DNA of 64,000 bases from Moniliella sp. 'wahieum' (taxonomy: Eukaryota): assembly GCA_003971905.1 (NCBI GenBank), contig RSEE01000059.1, positions 186,001-250,000 on the forward strand. Reading direction: 5' to 3'. The notes beneath the pieces were generated by a model. It ran no database searches. It was not told the origin of the DNA and was given only the letters and a program-made list of their open reading frames with translations. Position numbers and translations under genes: made by a program. This document shows, piece by piece, positions 34,601 through 48,566 of this stretch. Every line of letters begins with the position of its first letter. The first letter of the stretch is position 1.

Positions 34601-37562
34601 CGCTCCACGCGGCCGGGGGTGGTGGCCCACGGGTTAGCCGATTTTTTCGACACACTACGAACGGACTGTCGTTCAGCTTCGGAGGATGGATTGGCCGCCA
34701 TTCAAACCCGATTCATCGCCTTGGAGCAGTACATCATCTCTCGTTTCACATGGGGGAGAAGCCACGGGGAGAGCGAGACGGCGATTTTGGTTAGCCTAGG
34801 GGAAACGGCAGCGACCAAGATGGAGCACCTGCTCGAATTGGTGCAGAGGAGAGCAGCAGAACAGCCTCAGATAAGGACAATACCCGCTCTGCCACTATCT
34901 TGACATTGATGGTGGGTATGGCCCATTTACGCCTGCTTGTTATCGCGCGTCACTCGCCGGAACAGGCTTGAGGGACATAGGCACATCCCCGAGATTGCAT
35001 CTTCCGCAGCCGGAGTGGTACGAAGCTGTTGCAGTACGGGCTGCATCATACCATGGCGTTGTGCGGGCGGTCAGCGTCCTCCTCCCGAGGGGGGAGGCGT
35101 AAATGATCTAACTGTGGATATGTGGGTTTCGCTCATTTCGCTTTTGGGCTCATCTTCTGGCCCACGTGGAGGAGGTGGTCATTAGCTGGCTGGGCGGGTT
35201 GGCAGGGAGCACTCTTCAACCTGGCTGCATGGGGAGCGGATCTGGTTTGTTCTGTTGAGCCTGTTGTGCCTATCCCAACTCAATCGAGACGGGCTTGCAT
35301 CCCACCCAACGAAAGCCCATTAAAGGAGAATTGGTCTCTGGTGGGCTCAGCTGTTTCCGCTTCGTGTCCGCTACTCCGCACCGGTCGAGACTCATATGAC
35401 GGAGTACGCCCTGCAGCAAGGGATGAGTATATCGATATGACCTTTCGTCGTATCCTCCTCCTTCTCTCGCGATGGAATTGGAAACTCTGCTCCGAGGGTG
35501 GGGAGCAGCTACTTCGTCAATTGGGTAAGGGTATCTTTGAGGCAAAAGGATATTCGTTCCAGTCCCTACCTAGCCAGACTGGCAACGACTTCCCTCCCTT
35601 CCTGCGGGACTTGAACAACCATTCCATCCTCCCATTGGAGGATAGTGAGGAAGGAGGCAATACGTTTCACCTTTATCTTCGTCTCTATCTGCCTACGGCC
35701 TCGAACGGCAAGCCCCCGGAGGAGACTTGCGGGCTACTCGGCGTCTCTTCTACCGTCTTCTCCCTGTACAACAACTACGCTTCTCCGTTGCGCAACCTCC
35801 CACTGGAAGCGAGTTAAGCCAACTTGTCAACCTCTATTCCTTGGCTTTGGTTGCACTTTACCTTGCCCCCTCCGACGACGGGAGAGAAACGCTTTCTCAA
35901 CTTCGTCGTGTACAGGGCTGGCTCGACTTTCGCGCAGCCGATCAGAACTCCCAGCTGATCTGCATCCGTGCCGTACAGTACTTTGGATTGTGTGCCAAGA
36001 TCAGCACCTGCCCTTGGAGGATGTGGGGGAATGGTTTGCGCAAGTGGTGGAACAGCTTCAGGCAGGTTTCGCGCCTACCTTGTCGGGTGAAGTCAGTCTG
36101 GGGGGGATCGAGTCGGAACGGGTACGTCGCCGACGCCAGCGTGACGCACGATTGCTCCTCATGGCTTCGTTGCGGGCTTTGCGATACGTGATTCAACACC
36201 CTTCCCTTTCTCCTCGGCCAAGCCCGACCACCTTGTTTTTCCAGCGCAGTACTCTTGAGCCCAAGTACGTCTTCCCGTCCCCTTTTGTTTCTCAATACTA
36301 ACTAGGTGTGTCTAGTCTCGGATAGCCTACTTACCACATTGCGCTGGCCGAGGTGGACGTGGGAAAGGAGGCGCTAGCATGTATCCAAGCCTTCTTTGCC
36401 CGGCGGCGACAGTTACTTCAGGCTGTGCGTGAGGGTGAGCCTGCTCCTGCCGCACATTTGACCGACACGAATTGGACAGTCAAGATCTTTGGGACAACGA
36501 CTTATGGGACGACGCAGCGTTGATGAACGATCCAGGCTGAATGCCTTGTTGGGTGGAACAGCGCCAGCGCTGCGTTGGCCGCAACAACGTCCCAGCACCG
36601 CCGAGACCGAGGGTCATGACCCTGGCACGCTTCACTGAGCTCGACGAGCGTTTGGCCCGAGATCGACTGGTTTGCACTCGCCAAATCCTCTTGGCTGTTT
36701 TGGTCAATGCTGTCTCCCCTACCGCCCGTCTGGGACAGCTGGGTCCGATCACCTCACTCGCGGTTGAGGACCAGTCGCCATCGCACTTGCGCGATATGCC
36801 GCTAGGTCGGCTGGCACAGCTGAGCGAAGGACGAGAACTGCGCAAGCTGGTGGAATTGGTGGTGGACACGTTGGTGGAAACAGCGGGGATTCTGGTGAGC
36901 AACAAGGTGCTTTCGTGGACCGAGGTTGTTCTTCGTGGGGACATGGCCATCTCGTGTCTTCCGCCCACAGGTGGGCACGCGCGATGTGATTCTGCGTTTT
37001 GAAGGGGGATGGCGCGTGATCCGTCCTGCCTTCCAACGATGGGACAAGAGCTGATCAAGACATGGTTCCGCACCGTGGCGATTCGCCATCTCTCGGTTCA
37101 GGGGGAATTTACCTTGGCGCTCACCAAGGCCAATCCACCACTCCCATTCTTCCAGGGCGCGGAACGGGTCTGGTCTGTCGATGCGGGGATAGAAGCATTT
37201 ACAAGGCTCGAACGGCTATTCTCCAGGTCATTCTGGAAAACATGCGAGAAACGGGAATGCGTCGGCCGCAGGACAAGGGGCTGATGTTGGCCTACTTGCC
37301 CCACCTCGTTTCTACCCTGCGGGAGGAGGTGACGGCAATCCGTGCGCCAGGCCATGTCGACTCCCCATCGACAAGGCGTACCTCGCATTTGCTCAGGAGA
37401 TCCTTGACATCTTCCCGGACGCGATCGGTCCCACCATCTACCACGCTGATTTTTTCCGCTACATTCCCGAACAGCTTGCGTTGCTTAAGCATCAGCTCCA
37501 GCCTGCCCCTGCTGCGCCAGCGGCGCGTGATTGAGGCATTCTTGGACTCTCATACACTTTGA
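31664..37562 (+). CDS. Mus7/Mms22-like DNA repair protein
   Basis: About 5.9 kb of plus-strand coding pieces; RSFRTRKAAQLNPFTYEQQAYQRTL and DLIDRML resemble fungal Mus7/Mms22 N-terminal motifs; helical C-terminal half; heavily frameshifted. Confidence 0.55.
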
Positions 37563-38474
37563 TTATACTTGAGCGAACTATTGTTGAGCGTGGGGAGAGC
37601 TTGTAGGCAGGGAATAGAGAACGAACGACACCGGCCATATGGCCATGGATGGAGGATATAAATGTGTTTGACATTGATGAGGATCAGAGAAGTTAGGGTA
37701 TGAATAAAAGCCCTCTGAATACTATACTATAGTAGTATTCCAAAGGAACTGGCCTCGTTATATACTCTTTGATACCGTTGTTGGGTGGATGGGTAGGACA
37801 AAAGGTGCCGGAACGGCCTACCGCGGACGCCAAGCGAGAGAGTTGCCGTCCCAGACTGCAATCTTCTTGATGGGCGAAAAGATACATATGGCAGCCGTTA
37901 TGATAATCGAGACGGTGGGCAAAGGGCGCGTTTATAGGTATACAGTAGCACTATGGAGATACGAAGATCGGAGCATGGCACCATGGAAAGGGTTATCGTC
38001 ATCTCCATATGGTGAACGATAGTAATGAATGGCCCCGTGCCGCTGGATAAGTGTATTTTGGGGTCGGACTATAGACTTGTAGGAAACCACCTGGGGAAGC
38101 CAACAACACATCATCCATACTGTGGTCAAGACATCAAAAGCGCCGCAAACCAAAGAAAAAGAAAAGCGATCATGTCGACCATGAACGACGTCACACAACC
38201 CCATTCTCTACATCCCCGATTCCAACCAGACTGTCGCTACTCATAACAGCCTGAATATAGACAGGAGGGAACACGCAACGGATACTAATACATCAGTATG
38301 CGAACGTAACCGCCCGATCCGTAACAAGCCGGGAAATGTATGAGGGGGAGCGAGCAATAGGCGAGGACCCCTCGGTTTGCAACCGACCAACCAATAAACG
38401 ACAAAAAGGAAAAGTGAGCGAGGGGGAACATAGGATGCAAATAGCGAGGAGGCAAGGGCTAGGGGAGGGGGGAG

Positions 38475-40464
38475 TCAACGTCGGCGAAGAGAGTAGATGC
38501 AGACATCAAACTCGATCCGAGCCAACGGTTCGTGGGAGGGAATATCATCGATCCGGCTCTGGAGCACATCGTAGAGTGCATCCAGGGTATAGGCCACAGC
38601 GCCCTTGCTCAGTCGCCCGCGATGGGAGAGGAGCTGACGCCAATGCGCCTCATACAAGTTCTTGGTGAGTGCAATAATGTGCTGGCCGTAGGCCTCGCGG
38701 CTTAGGTGGCCAGCATCGTAGGCGACCCAAGCCGGATGAGGGATGCGCAGCGGACGAGCCTGACTTTGCGGTCCAGAGCCGTGCGGCAGCTCGCCTAGAC
38801 CACACGCCCACTCTACCGTCCACAGCGACGCTTGGTCACGGAGAGTGTGCAAGCTCTGCTCCTGCCTGCGCGGGTAAATGGGGAGACTCATCATGGCCCG
38901 TGCCATGTCGGCCTTGAGCATGTTACAAGACAAGGCGTTGAATGGAAGGGGTTAGCAAGGAGCTAAGCACACTCCACACTTCCTCCTTCTCTGGACGGAG
39001 TGAGGGTGAGCCAAAGGCAGTACGCGCTCCATCGTCCCGTGCGATATAGGCAACCACCAGCTGCCCTCCTGGGCGCACTTCACTTGCTCGGGCCAAGAGG
39101 AACCGACTCAGTTCCCGTTCCTGCTCGAAATCAGTTACGGGAACGAAGGAGGCCGAGGTGGAAGTGGCGGGCGAAAGGGGGGAGAAAGGGGACGTGTCAG
39201 ATGATGGTGGGGCCGGGTGGGCCCAATGAGATCCATCAGAGACACGCCCAGGTCAACGCTTTGACGGGGACAGACGGGCGTCGCAAAGGGTCGCGTGGTA
39301 AAGTACGGGAACACATGAGCCGAGGGGTGGGCACGAAGAAATTCCTGGGAAAGGTAAGAGGTGGGATCGGTATCAAGCGCATCCATAAGATTGCGAAAGT
39401 CGGTTCCGTCGCTATAAGTATGAAGGATAATCATGTCTGTACCTTCATCCTGGCGGGAGAAGCAGCCGACAAGGCGTCAGCCAGGGTGCCGATTAAGTGT
39501 GACAACAACGAGAATGCGCGCCCATGCACCGATCCGTATTCCACCCACTCTCACCGGGCGTCAGGGCAGGAAGCGAACCTCCTTTGACCAAGGCCTCGAG
39601 GGAAGAGAAACTTTCGCCCTTGCAGGGTCAATTTCCTGTTTCTCATCGGGCAGAGCCGGATCGTTTGGATCGGACGCAGGCATTTCAGTCCCGAACAGGG
39701 CACCGAGCGCAGGTTTGGGCTCCGACCACCCGGAACCGCCCGGAGTTACGGACAGGCTCTCTGTGGAAGTACGGGTAACGGAGGTAGGGCTAAATGGAGA
39801 ATCGGGGGAAGTGAGCTTGTTTCCATACGAGGGTTGGCGGTGAGAGTCTTCTGAAAACGTCGAAGCAGCGGGAGCGAGGCTATACTCGTCCTGGCCCGAT
39901 GGGCGGTCGGAGCGCCCCGGGGACCACGCAGGGGGGGACCAAAGAGGTAGCTTATATCTTCGGACCGCGGACGCGGGCGCCCATCAGGAGGAATAGGCCT
40001 CAGCGAGGAGGTAGGCGAAAAAAGGGAGCTGGGCAGGACAGTGGAGCGGGAGGCGGCACGCTCAGCTAAGGAGGCGAGTGCTCTGGGTTGGACCTGACTC
40101 GGACGGAAGAACTTGAGGTCCCCCTGCCCTGAAGGATGGCCCAAACCAAGCTCCAAGCCAGTGCTTACGGTGGGAGAGATGTTGCCAAGGAAAAGTAGTC
40201 GTCCGATGGGATGGAGGGGCGAGGAGACGGAGGGGGTGAGGACGAGTCTTCCTCGTCCAGGACGTTGGACAGGTCCACGAGGCGGGTGAGAGGCGAGAAG
40301 GAACGCTGGACACTAGGAAGGATGGGAGCTGTGGCCACACCTTGGACGCGCGGCATGCCTCGGACGGGCGGAGGCAGCTGGATGTTCCGTGGCCGACGCC
40401 GAGTTCCCACCGCGTGGTTCGAGGCTCCCGCCGAGTAAGGGACACCAGACTGGGAAGAGCTCAT
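38475..40464 (-). CDS. SAM-dependent methyltransferase-like protein (SABATH-like) with long disordered N-terminus
   Basis: VEYGSVHG, DFRNLMDAL, EVRPGGQLVVAY, MMSLPIYPR follow the block order of Methyltransf_7-like proteins; Ser/Pro/Arg-rich first part. Confidence 0.5.
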
Positions 40465-40526
40465 CGGCGCACATATCCCTGCAGATGAAGGAAGAGATGG
40501 AGAGGTGATAGGAGAGGGAGGGCTGT

Positions 40527-40685
40527 TGCGGATGCGGATGCGGATGCGGATGCGGATGCTGCGGATGGGAATAGGGATGCGGATGCGGATGCGACTGCGA
40601 ATGCGACTGCGGAGGCGGAGGTGGAGGCGGTGGTGGAGGCGGTGGTGTTGGTACTTGGGTCGTGCATCATGCATCATGCATCATG
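40527..40685. repeat. Compound microsatellite (GCGGAT)n/(GGAGGCGGT)n followed by (TGCATCA)n
   Basis: Read directly; lies just upstream of the minus-strand ATG at 40464. Confidence 0.9.
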
Positions 40686-41132
40686 GCTGACGGAGCAGCT
40701 GGCGTTGGGCCGCAGCGGCTGAAATTAAAGTTCAGTTGCCGCCGTGTTGAAACGGGAGCCGCATCGGGACACCGCACACTGCTTCCGTGCGCCGCCCGGA
40801 CGGAGACAACGGCCGTCGTAGATTGCGTCTTGCCTCCTCCAGCGCGGGGGCAGTCAGCGCAGGTCAGTATCAGTGCTCGTCTTCAAGCTTCCATTCTGTT
40901 CGCAGGCCGCCCCTGCCCGAGAGCTCGAGCGTTCGGGAGCGCTGCTGAGTGCTCCGCGGCACTCGGCCGCACTCGGAGCTGGCTGCGGCGCACGGAGGTA
41001 CTGCGGAACGCGTAATGCAAGGCACAATGCATCCTGTCGCAGATTCCGCAAATCTCAGATCGATCTCAGATGCGCGCCGGCCGATTCAGAACGAGGAAGT
41101 GCTATCGGATGATCGATGACTCCGCTTGCTTC

Positions 41133-41388
41133 TGTTGGAGGGGTAGTGCTAGGCTTCTCCTGCTCGGCCCTCAGTGGATCGGTGAGCTCTCGCTTAGCCG
41201 GTCGGAAGAGTTCCGCTCGCAGGGCGCGCACGCCCTGCTCGCTCCATCTCCCTTCTCTCTCTTCTCTCTCCTTCCCTTCAGACGTTGCTTGAAGACTTGG
41301 GCTCACCACTTTGCCTTCACGCCTTGTCTGACGGCTGCTTTGCAGCTGATCCATAGGATCGCGAGTGCTCCCAAGTCGCTCTCTAGCA
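41133..41388. mobile_element. Solo LTR, family B, copy 1
   Basis: TGTTGGAG..CTCTAGCA termini; TSD GCTTC at 41128-41132 and 41389-41393; homologous to 55769-56038. Confidence 0.88.
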
Positions 41389-44300
41389 GCTTCGTCTGCT
41401 TCGCTCTGTTAACATCTATACCAGTGCGATGGGGCTTGGATAGGAGGGGGTTACCAAAAAGGGGTCAACCAACAGTCAGCATCCTCGATCAGTGGAATCC
41501 ATTATCCCACCTTCCATTCTCGTCCCTTCCCACCTTCTGACCGTTTCCAGCCAATTGATTGAGTAATACAGGCAACCTCTCGTCTCCACTTAGCTGCCTC
41601 ATATTCACCATCCAACCTCGTCCTCCAGCTTTCACATCCGCTCAGTCGCGCGAGCCTTCCTTCAGCGGCGTCGGTTCCGCGTACCACAGCATATCGCGTG
41701 GGTTTCTTCCACAGTCACTGCCCTGCCTCAGCTCTGGCAGTGCTTTCCCTCCACTGCATCTACCCGTCCCTAAGCCCCGGAGGCTTCAGACGCGTTACTA
41801 CCTCCAAGCCCTTGCCACGCGTACGGCCGCCTCGGATTCCCAACATTGCTCCATCCCCTCCCTTGTTCCCCGATCCCCTTTGTCCACCTTGTCACCCCTT
41901 TGCCCCCCCCCCTCAATTACTCTCCGCATCTCCTCCTGCTCCACCACTCCGCCTTGTGCCACGGTTACTCTTTGCACCACCGCTCCCCTTTTAAGGTATG
42001 GGAGGGACGCGTCGACGCGACTCTTGTCATATGCCCGATGGTTGGCGCAGCCAGCCCCCCCCCCGTCACGTGCAGGTCGGGGAGCAGTAGGGTTGCTAGA
42101 GTTTTTTGATGGACCCTCGCGTATGGAACACTAAGAGATCAGATCTCAGATTCAGATCTTCACCACCCAAATCTCAGATCTCACAATCGCCGCTTTCCAG
42201 CTCGGCACTTCCTTCGTCGCCATCGCCGCCAGCATCACCACCACCAGTCTACGCCCTCCCCAGCTCTCCACCGTGGGTGTTACACGTTATCTGAGATCTG
42301 ACCTCACCTAGTCCGACCTAGGCCTAGCGCCTATATGAGCGTCACGCGTCACGCGTCACGTGCTGGGCGTCACACATCACGCTCCATCATCATTTCATTG
42401 CCTTCATATATTGGTCACACGGAAGCGAAGATGACGATGATAGATGAATGGCATTGCAGAGACAGTCCACAGACTACATGAAGTGCATGTGACGGCACTC
42501 TCACTCCAAGCTCCATCGCTGGCCTCGGCCATCCATCACCCGATGGAGAGCGTATCACATATCAGGTGATGGAACGTATGGATGGGCTAGTACCTCTTGT
42601 TGAACAAGAGTTGATGCACTGGTGAAAAAGATGTGGCCGATAATCGGGGTATAACCGGGGTAGCGCGTAACGCGTAACGCAGTAACGAACGGCCAAACAA
42701 GTCGCACGGGACTGAAGTTCCCTGGTCCAGCCAGGTTCTCAGGGCTTCATGGCCCCGGCCTGCCGTCACTAGCGTCACTAGTCACTTGACCGCACATTGA
42801 AGCTTAAAGGCTGATGAGATCGAGGAGATCTGGAGTCCAGATGGTCCTCGAGGGTGATGCAATCGCACTAGTGTGGTGGTGGTGGTCTAAGCCAACCAGC
42901 AACGCCTACAGAGGAACATCAAGCAGCGAGTCGCCACCAGGGGCTAAGCTGTGGAACAAGGAAAAACAGGAAGAAAACAACGAAACTCCTAGGCCTGAGG
43001 AGGAACTGAAAGGACATTGGCCAAAGCACGAGCCACCTGATGGCTCAACAAAGGCTAGTCACTAGTCAGCAGAGCCAGCGCCAGCACTCAGCGAACTACT
43101 CTCAACTCTAATGGACAGCGCCAAGGCCACAAGGGTCAGATCTCAGATCTCAGAGAAGGGGACCGTAATTAGGTCGAACAAAGTGGGTGGCATTACGTTG
43201 TATTAGCGCTATCAGCAGAGTGGGCACCGCTTGCGCCTGAAAAAGCTTGTAAGCACTTGCACACTTCTGGCCCGCAACCAATGCCTTGAAGCTTGAAGCT
43301 TGACCACCAATGAGGGCAGGTGCAATTTGAACGGAGATTCTCTTGTGGCCCGCTTAGTTCGGGTTTATGCGTGCCAGGGGAGGGGAGGAAGCAGCTGATT
43401 CACCCCCCTTTTGAGTTCACACGTTCACAGGAGAGAAGGCTATTGAACTGTGAACTGACACCGTGGTGTGACCGAGAAAAAGGAGGTGTTATAATACGCG
43501 AGAGATTGAGCTGCAACAGACCCTTCAGCCGTTCGCGCCCACGGCTCTTGAGGTAAAACCCATAGATAATGAGGAAAAGGGGGGGGGAGTGCTAAAAATA
43601 GGTACTGTGATCTTTAGATCCACAGTTGAGGCGGGGGCAACGATATAAACATGCATACACACGCCTCGGGAAACTCCCCCAAAACCATGCAGGCCCGCAT
43701 GCACTTCTTGTTCGCCCCTGAAGTGTAAATCCATTGCAGTCACCTAGTAAACGAGAACTCCGACACACAGGTCAATAAAAGGGGCAATCAACGCATTTTG
43801 TCCATCCCCGGATTAAGGGTGACCCACCGGATGGCTCGTGCGTTTGGCCAAGGTCTCTCCGTCTTTCATCAAGTCTAGTAGTTCTATTTTTTCTCGCCCT
43901 TCTGTTGTTTTCCTTGTTCCGCAGAACCAGGTCCAGTGACGATGACTGGCTCCTTCTTGTCCCTTTCTGTAGGTGTTGTTGCTTGGCATAGACCAAAACC
44001 ACCATCATTAGGACGAACTCTACGTCTCTGTTAGGGAGGGATGATACCAGGATGTACACTCCTGTGCGCACTGGTATGTCTTTCGGAGAGAAGACACATC
44101 GCAATGGATGTAAAGCAGACTGTGAGTGCCTCTATGTATTCCCAAAAAAGGAGGCCATGCGCTGTTGTCTCTGGTACGCGCAATTAAGGAGTCAAAAGAC
44201 AGTCCATGATGGACAAGCAGAGCCGCAAAGGTTATGAAGCTTTCCGTTTCGACGGGCTTGAGCGTGGGTGCTATCGACGCTATGGCGGTCCTTGCAGTGC

Positions 44301-44461
44301 GTATACACGCCGCCGAAGTCCCAAGGGGTTTTCAGATGTGAGCGCGTGAGCACGGAAGATGCCCAGAGTGGGGGCGACCAGCGGAATTGGAGCAGATACT
44401 TCCGCCAGTTTGAGTGGCCAAAGGTTCGACAGAGCTAGAACCACAAACAAGCAACTGTTAC

Positions 44462-44556
44462 TCACTAGCACTAGTCAAGCTAGTCACCGGGTCACCGGTC
44501 ACCAGTCACTAGAGTCACTAGTCACTAGTCACTAGTCACAGGTCACTATAGTCACG
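44462..44556. repeat. GTCAC-anchored array with CTAG/CCGG spacers
   Basis: TCACCGGTCACCAGTCACTAGAGTCACTAGTCACTAGTCACTAGTCACAGGTCACTATAGTCAC. Confidence 0.9.
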
Positions 44557-45495
44557 CAGTGAGTACTTGGAAATACTCGGCGCACTCAGCTGCTCTGCCC
44601 GGTCAGTCTGAGCACTGTAGCTCCGCCTGAGCTACTGAGTGTGCTCAAGCGCTCAATTGCCGACACCGGGCTGTGCAGCCAATGCGCCGAGCGCGGTGGC
44701 CGGTGGAGGGTGGAGGCCCATTGCGCATGCAGCAGGGATGCACAGACACGCACACGGCGCAGCCTGCAATTAGTACTGTCACGCGTCATGTGTCACATGT
44801 CACGCGCACGCATTATGCATTATGCATCACATGCATCACACATCTTGGAGCATACCGTCACACGTCATGCATCATGGCGTCATCGCGTCATGCTTACTGC
44901 AAGCATGCTGCAAATGACCCGTGTTTCCCTCCGCCACCGCTTTACCCACACCTCTCTCTGCCCCCATTGTTGCTTGCTTTCTTCGCTTCCTTCGCGGCTT
45001 GGCCGGGCCTCCGACCCATGTTCAGACCGAAGGAGGAAGGGCTATGTGGGTGGAATAACGGGAGGCCACACCCGTTCAAGGCCCCCGCCAAGTCCAGTTG
45101 GGGCCAGCGTCAGGTTCCGCACGGTTGCACTCAGCAGACTCGGGTTGCGGGGAATCGCGTCTCGGCAGGCTCGAGGCCAGGGGGCGCTGGTGCTGTGTAC
45201 TGACGCTGCAGAGCCCCAGTGCCCTGGAGGGGCGCTTCGAATTGCTTCTTCCGCAGCGCAGCCCAGCGGGACACAGGCCGGATGCCGGGCTGATAAGCCC
45301 AACTGCCCCGCTGCCCAGCCAGCCACGCGTCCGCCCGTTCAGAGTGCACAGGCGACACTGCCCGTCTGCGGTGCCGCGTCACGACGAAATGGCGCACGAC
45401 ACTGGCCTAGTGGCTGCCACCAGGATTGGGTCCGTGTCGAGCGCGCCCGCACCTCACGGGTCAAATCCGTAGTTGACCGATGATGAGAGCGAACG

Positions 45496-45502
45496 TATAT
45501 AA
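45496..45502 (+). promoter_or_regulatory. Candidate TATA box of the TBP gene
   Basis: TATATAA about 270 bp upstream of ATG 45769. Confidence 0.45.
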
Positions 45503-45768
45503 GGGGAGCGCCTGCCGCTGCGCACCACCCACCGCCACAGCCCGCCGCCCCCTGTCAGGATCACAGGGCCACAGCCGATCCCCTGTTTTTGAAATTGCAA
45601 CGCGTGCCGGTTCTCAATAACCTCTGCTTCTCCTGAGTGACCAACAGCCCAAAGGAGGCTCAGCCCCGTGCACATACAACACAGTCTTGGCACCGTTGCC
45701 GTTGCCGTCGCCGTCTTCACCAGCGCCGTTCTTGTCAATACTGCATCTCCACCAGACCTCATTCTCCG

Positions 45769-46528
45769 ATGGTTAGTCTTGCCCTTCCTGGGGCGGGTGC
45801 GCCTGGTGCCGACCTCGCCCCGGTCCCGGCTCCGGCTCCGGCTCTGGCTCTGCCTAAGCAACTCGCCTCCGCCGCACCGACAGTCGCCGCCACCCCTGTC
45901 ACCCCGGCTGCCCCACAGCACGAGGTTTTGCCCACGCTGCAGTAAGTCGGTTTTTTCCTTGTCCTGAGCGCCTAAGCTCACATGGTTCATGTTGCGCAGA
46001 AATATTGTTGCAACAGTGAACCTCGAGGTGCGCTTGGACCTCAAGACGATTGCTCTGCGTGCTCGCAATGCCGAGTACAACCCCAAACGGTTTGCTGCTG
46101 TCATTATGCGTATTCGTGAACCACGGACGACAGCGTTGCTCTTCGCATCGGGTAAGATGGTGGTGACGGGTGCCAAGTCCGAGGACGACAGCCGTCTGGC
46201 CAGCCGCAAGTATGCGCGCATTGTGCAAAAGCTGGGCTTTGAGGCCAAGTTTTCAGAGTTTAAGATTCAAAACATTGTGGGATCTTGCGACGTGGGTTTC
46301 CCCATCCGCCTTGAGGGGCTGGCGTATTCGCACGGCCCATTCACATCCTATGAACCTGAGCTCTTCCCTGGGCTCATTTACCGCATGGTCAAACCCAAGG
46401 TCGTTCTACTTGTGTTCGTCTCGGGCAAGATTGTGCTCACGGGTGCCAAACATCGTGACGAGATCTACGATGCCTTCCGATTGATCAAGCCTGTGCTCGC
46501 CGAGTTCCAGGCTGCACCGAAGACTTGA
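45769..46528 (+). CDS. SPT15: TATA-binding protein
   Basis: [57 protein letters not shown]; intron 45942..45999. Confidence 0.98.
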
Positions 46529-47465
46529 TTGTTGTCGGTTATACATGGTGCGTCTGCAAGACGCTCCCCACCGTCATACGCGCGTTATTTCTCTCGCGGG
46601 CCCCGGCCTTTCGTTCACTTACATTGGACCTTCGGAGAGAGGACTTGGTTTCATCGCATACCTCTCTCTTCATTTTCACGTTTCCTCTTCCTTTCCTGTA
46701 CCCATCTTCCCTCTCTCCCTCTCCCCTTCAGCACTACATTGTACAGCATGTAAAACAGGTCCATCTCATCCATATCATCAAAGTGACCAATCATTTTGTC
46801 GTTTGGTGTGCAGATGAATATAAGGACCGTCGCACAGTTTATTTGTCCCTGCAGGTTTGGCCACAGTGAGATTTTTTGCCAAGCAGCAGAGCGCTTTTAG
46901 CGCGTAGCGGTTATACCAGCGAGACCCATTATGCATTACGTGATCAATAGCGCCTACGTTTCCTATTACTGGCGCATTTATAATCTTCGAAATGGAGGCA
47001 CTACACCTCCACACCAGGCTGGCGATGCATGATGCATGATGTGGGCTGAGATTCTGAGACGCAGCAGCGGTGGGTTGAACTTCAACGTGGAGACGTTGAG
47101 TCGAAGCTGATCGTGGGAGCGGAGGAACTGGGAAGCGGTCCAGGTCTGGGTCTATTCGGCCCTGTCGAGCCGGAAATAGCCGCCGGGCGGGGCCTGGCCT
47201 GGGCGTATTTCCCGCAGCTGAGAGAATGCCTATCGATTATCGATGATGCCGATTATGTACGCCCCCTCTTTTCCCCGGTCACACCGCCAGCGGGTCACAT
47301 GTCACGCGTCTTCAGGCGGACAAGTTGTGTTTCAGCTGCTGTTTATGTGAGGCAAACTGCAACAGCAACCAGAAGCCAGAGGACCAGCACGTCCTGGCTG
47401 AAGACCCTCTTCTCTTCCCACCACCTCAGCCTTCGCGCGCCGCACTCCGCTCTTTTTCCATCAGC

Positions 47466-48566
47466 ATGTCTGCTCCCTCGCCGTCGGCGCCCAAGCGTAC
47501 GCTATCTCCCCCTTCCTGCCTCCGTCTTTCACTAACACCCATCCCTACGCCCCTCAGCACTGCCTCTTCTATGCCCAGTTCTCGGCTGGCGCCATTGCTG
47601 GTGTGACGGAGTTGCTCTGCCTCTATCCGCTTGGTACGTCCCTCCTCCCCTGTCCGTGAGTCTGCCTGCGTATCTTCATGCTGACCTGAAACAGATGTGG
47701 TCAAGACGCGGATGCAGCTGCAGACTGCTGGCTCCGGCCCGCAGTACAAGAACATGTTTGACTGTTTCGCCCAGATCATCAAGACGGAAGGGCCCCGGAC
47801 GCTTTACCGTGGCTTGGGTGCGCCCATTTGCCTCGAGGCACCCAAGAGGGCAGTCAAGTTTGCTGCGAACGACTTTTGGGGTGCTCAGTTCCGCCAGTGG
47901 ACAGGCGCGACGCACATGACCCAAGGGCTGGCTTTGTTGACGGGGTGCGCCGCCGGTGCGACGGAAAGCTTTGTGGTGACGCCCTTTGAGCTGGTCAAAA
48001 TCCGCCTGCAGGACAAAGCTTCGGCCAAGCTCTACTCGGGCCCCATTGACGTGGCCAAGAAGATCATCCTGGCCCACGGGCCGCTGGGGCTGTACAAGGG
48101 CATGGAATCGACTTTCTGGCGGCACGTGGCTTGGAACGGCGGGTACTTTGGCTGCATTTACCAAATCAAAGGTCTCTTGCCCACCGCGACTGTACGTCTG
48201 CCTTCTTTTTATGCGTGAGAGTGTGCTGAGTGTTGACCGTTCCTTTTCCAGACCAAGACGCAAGAGCTGACCAACAACTTCATCTCCGGTGCCATTGGCG
48301 GCGGTGTCGGCACGGCAATCAACACCCCCTTTGATGTGGTTAAAAGCCGGATCCAGAGCTCCAACCCTGCGCCAGGCGTGGTGCCCAAGTACAACTGGAC
48401 CTTCCCCTCGCTCGCTTTGATCGCGCGGGAAGAAGGATTCAGCGCGTTGTACAAGGGCTTTGCGCCCAAGGTCCTCCGTCTCGCGCCGGGAGGTGGTGTC
48501 CTGCTTCTTGTAGTTGAGGCAGTGCTGAACCAGTGGCGCAACCTCCTGGGCCCCCCTTACAAGTAA
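47466..48566 (+). CDS. ODC1: Mitochondrial 2-oxodicarboxylate carrier
   Basis: AGAIAGVTELLCLYPL/DVVKTRMQLQ, LEAPKRAVKFAAN, PFELVKIRLQD, WNGGYFG, PKYNWT, GFAPKVLRLAPGGG; three introns. Confidence 0.92.

Noticed and set aside
44462..44556. CRISPR-like or telomeric array
   Set aside because: The unit is only 7 bp with no unique spacers, the context is eukaryotic, and it is not TTAGGG-like.
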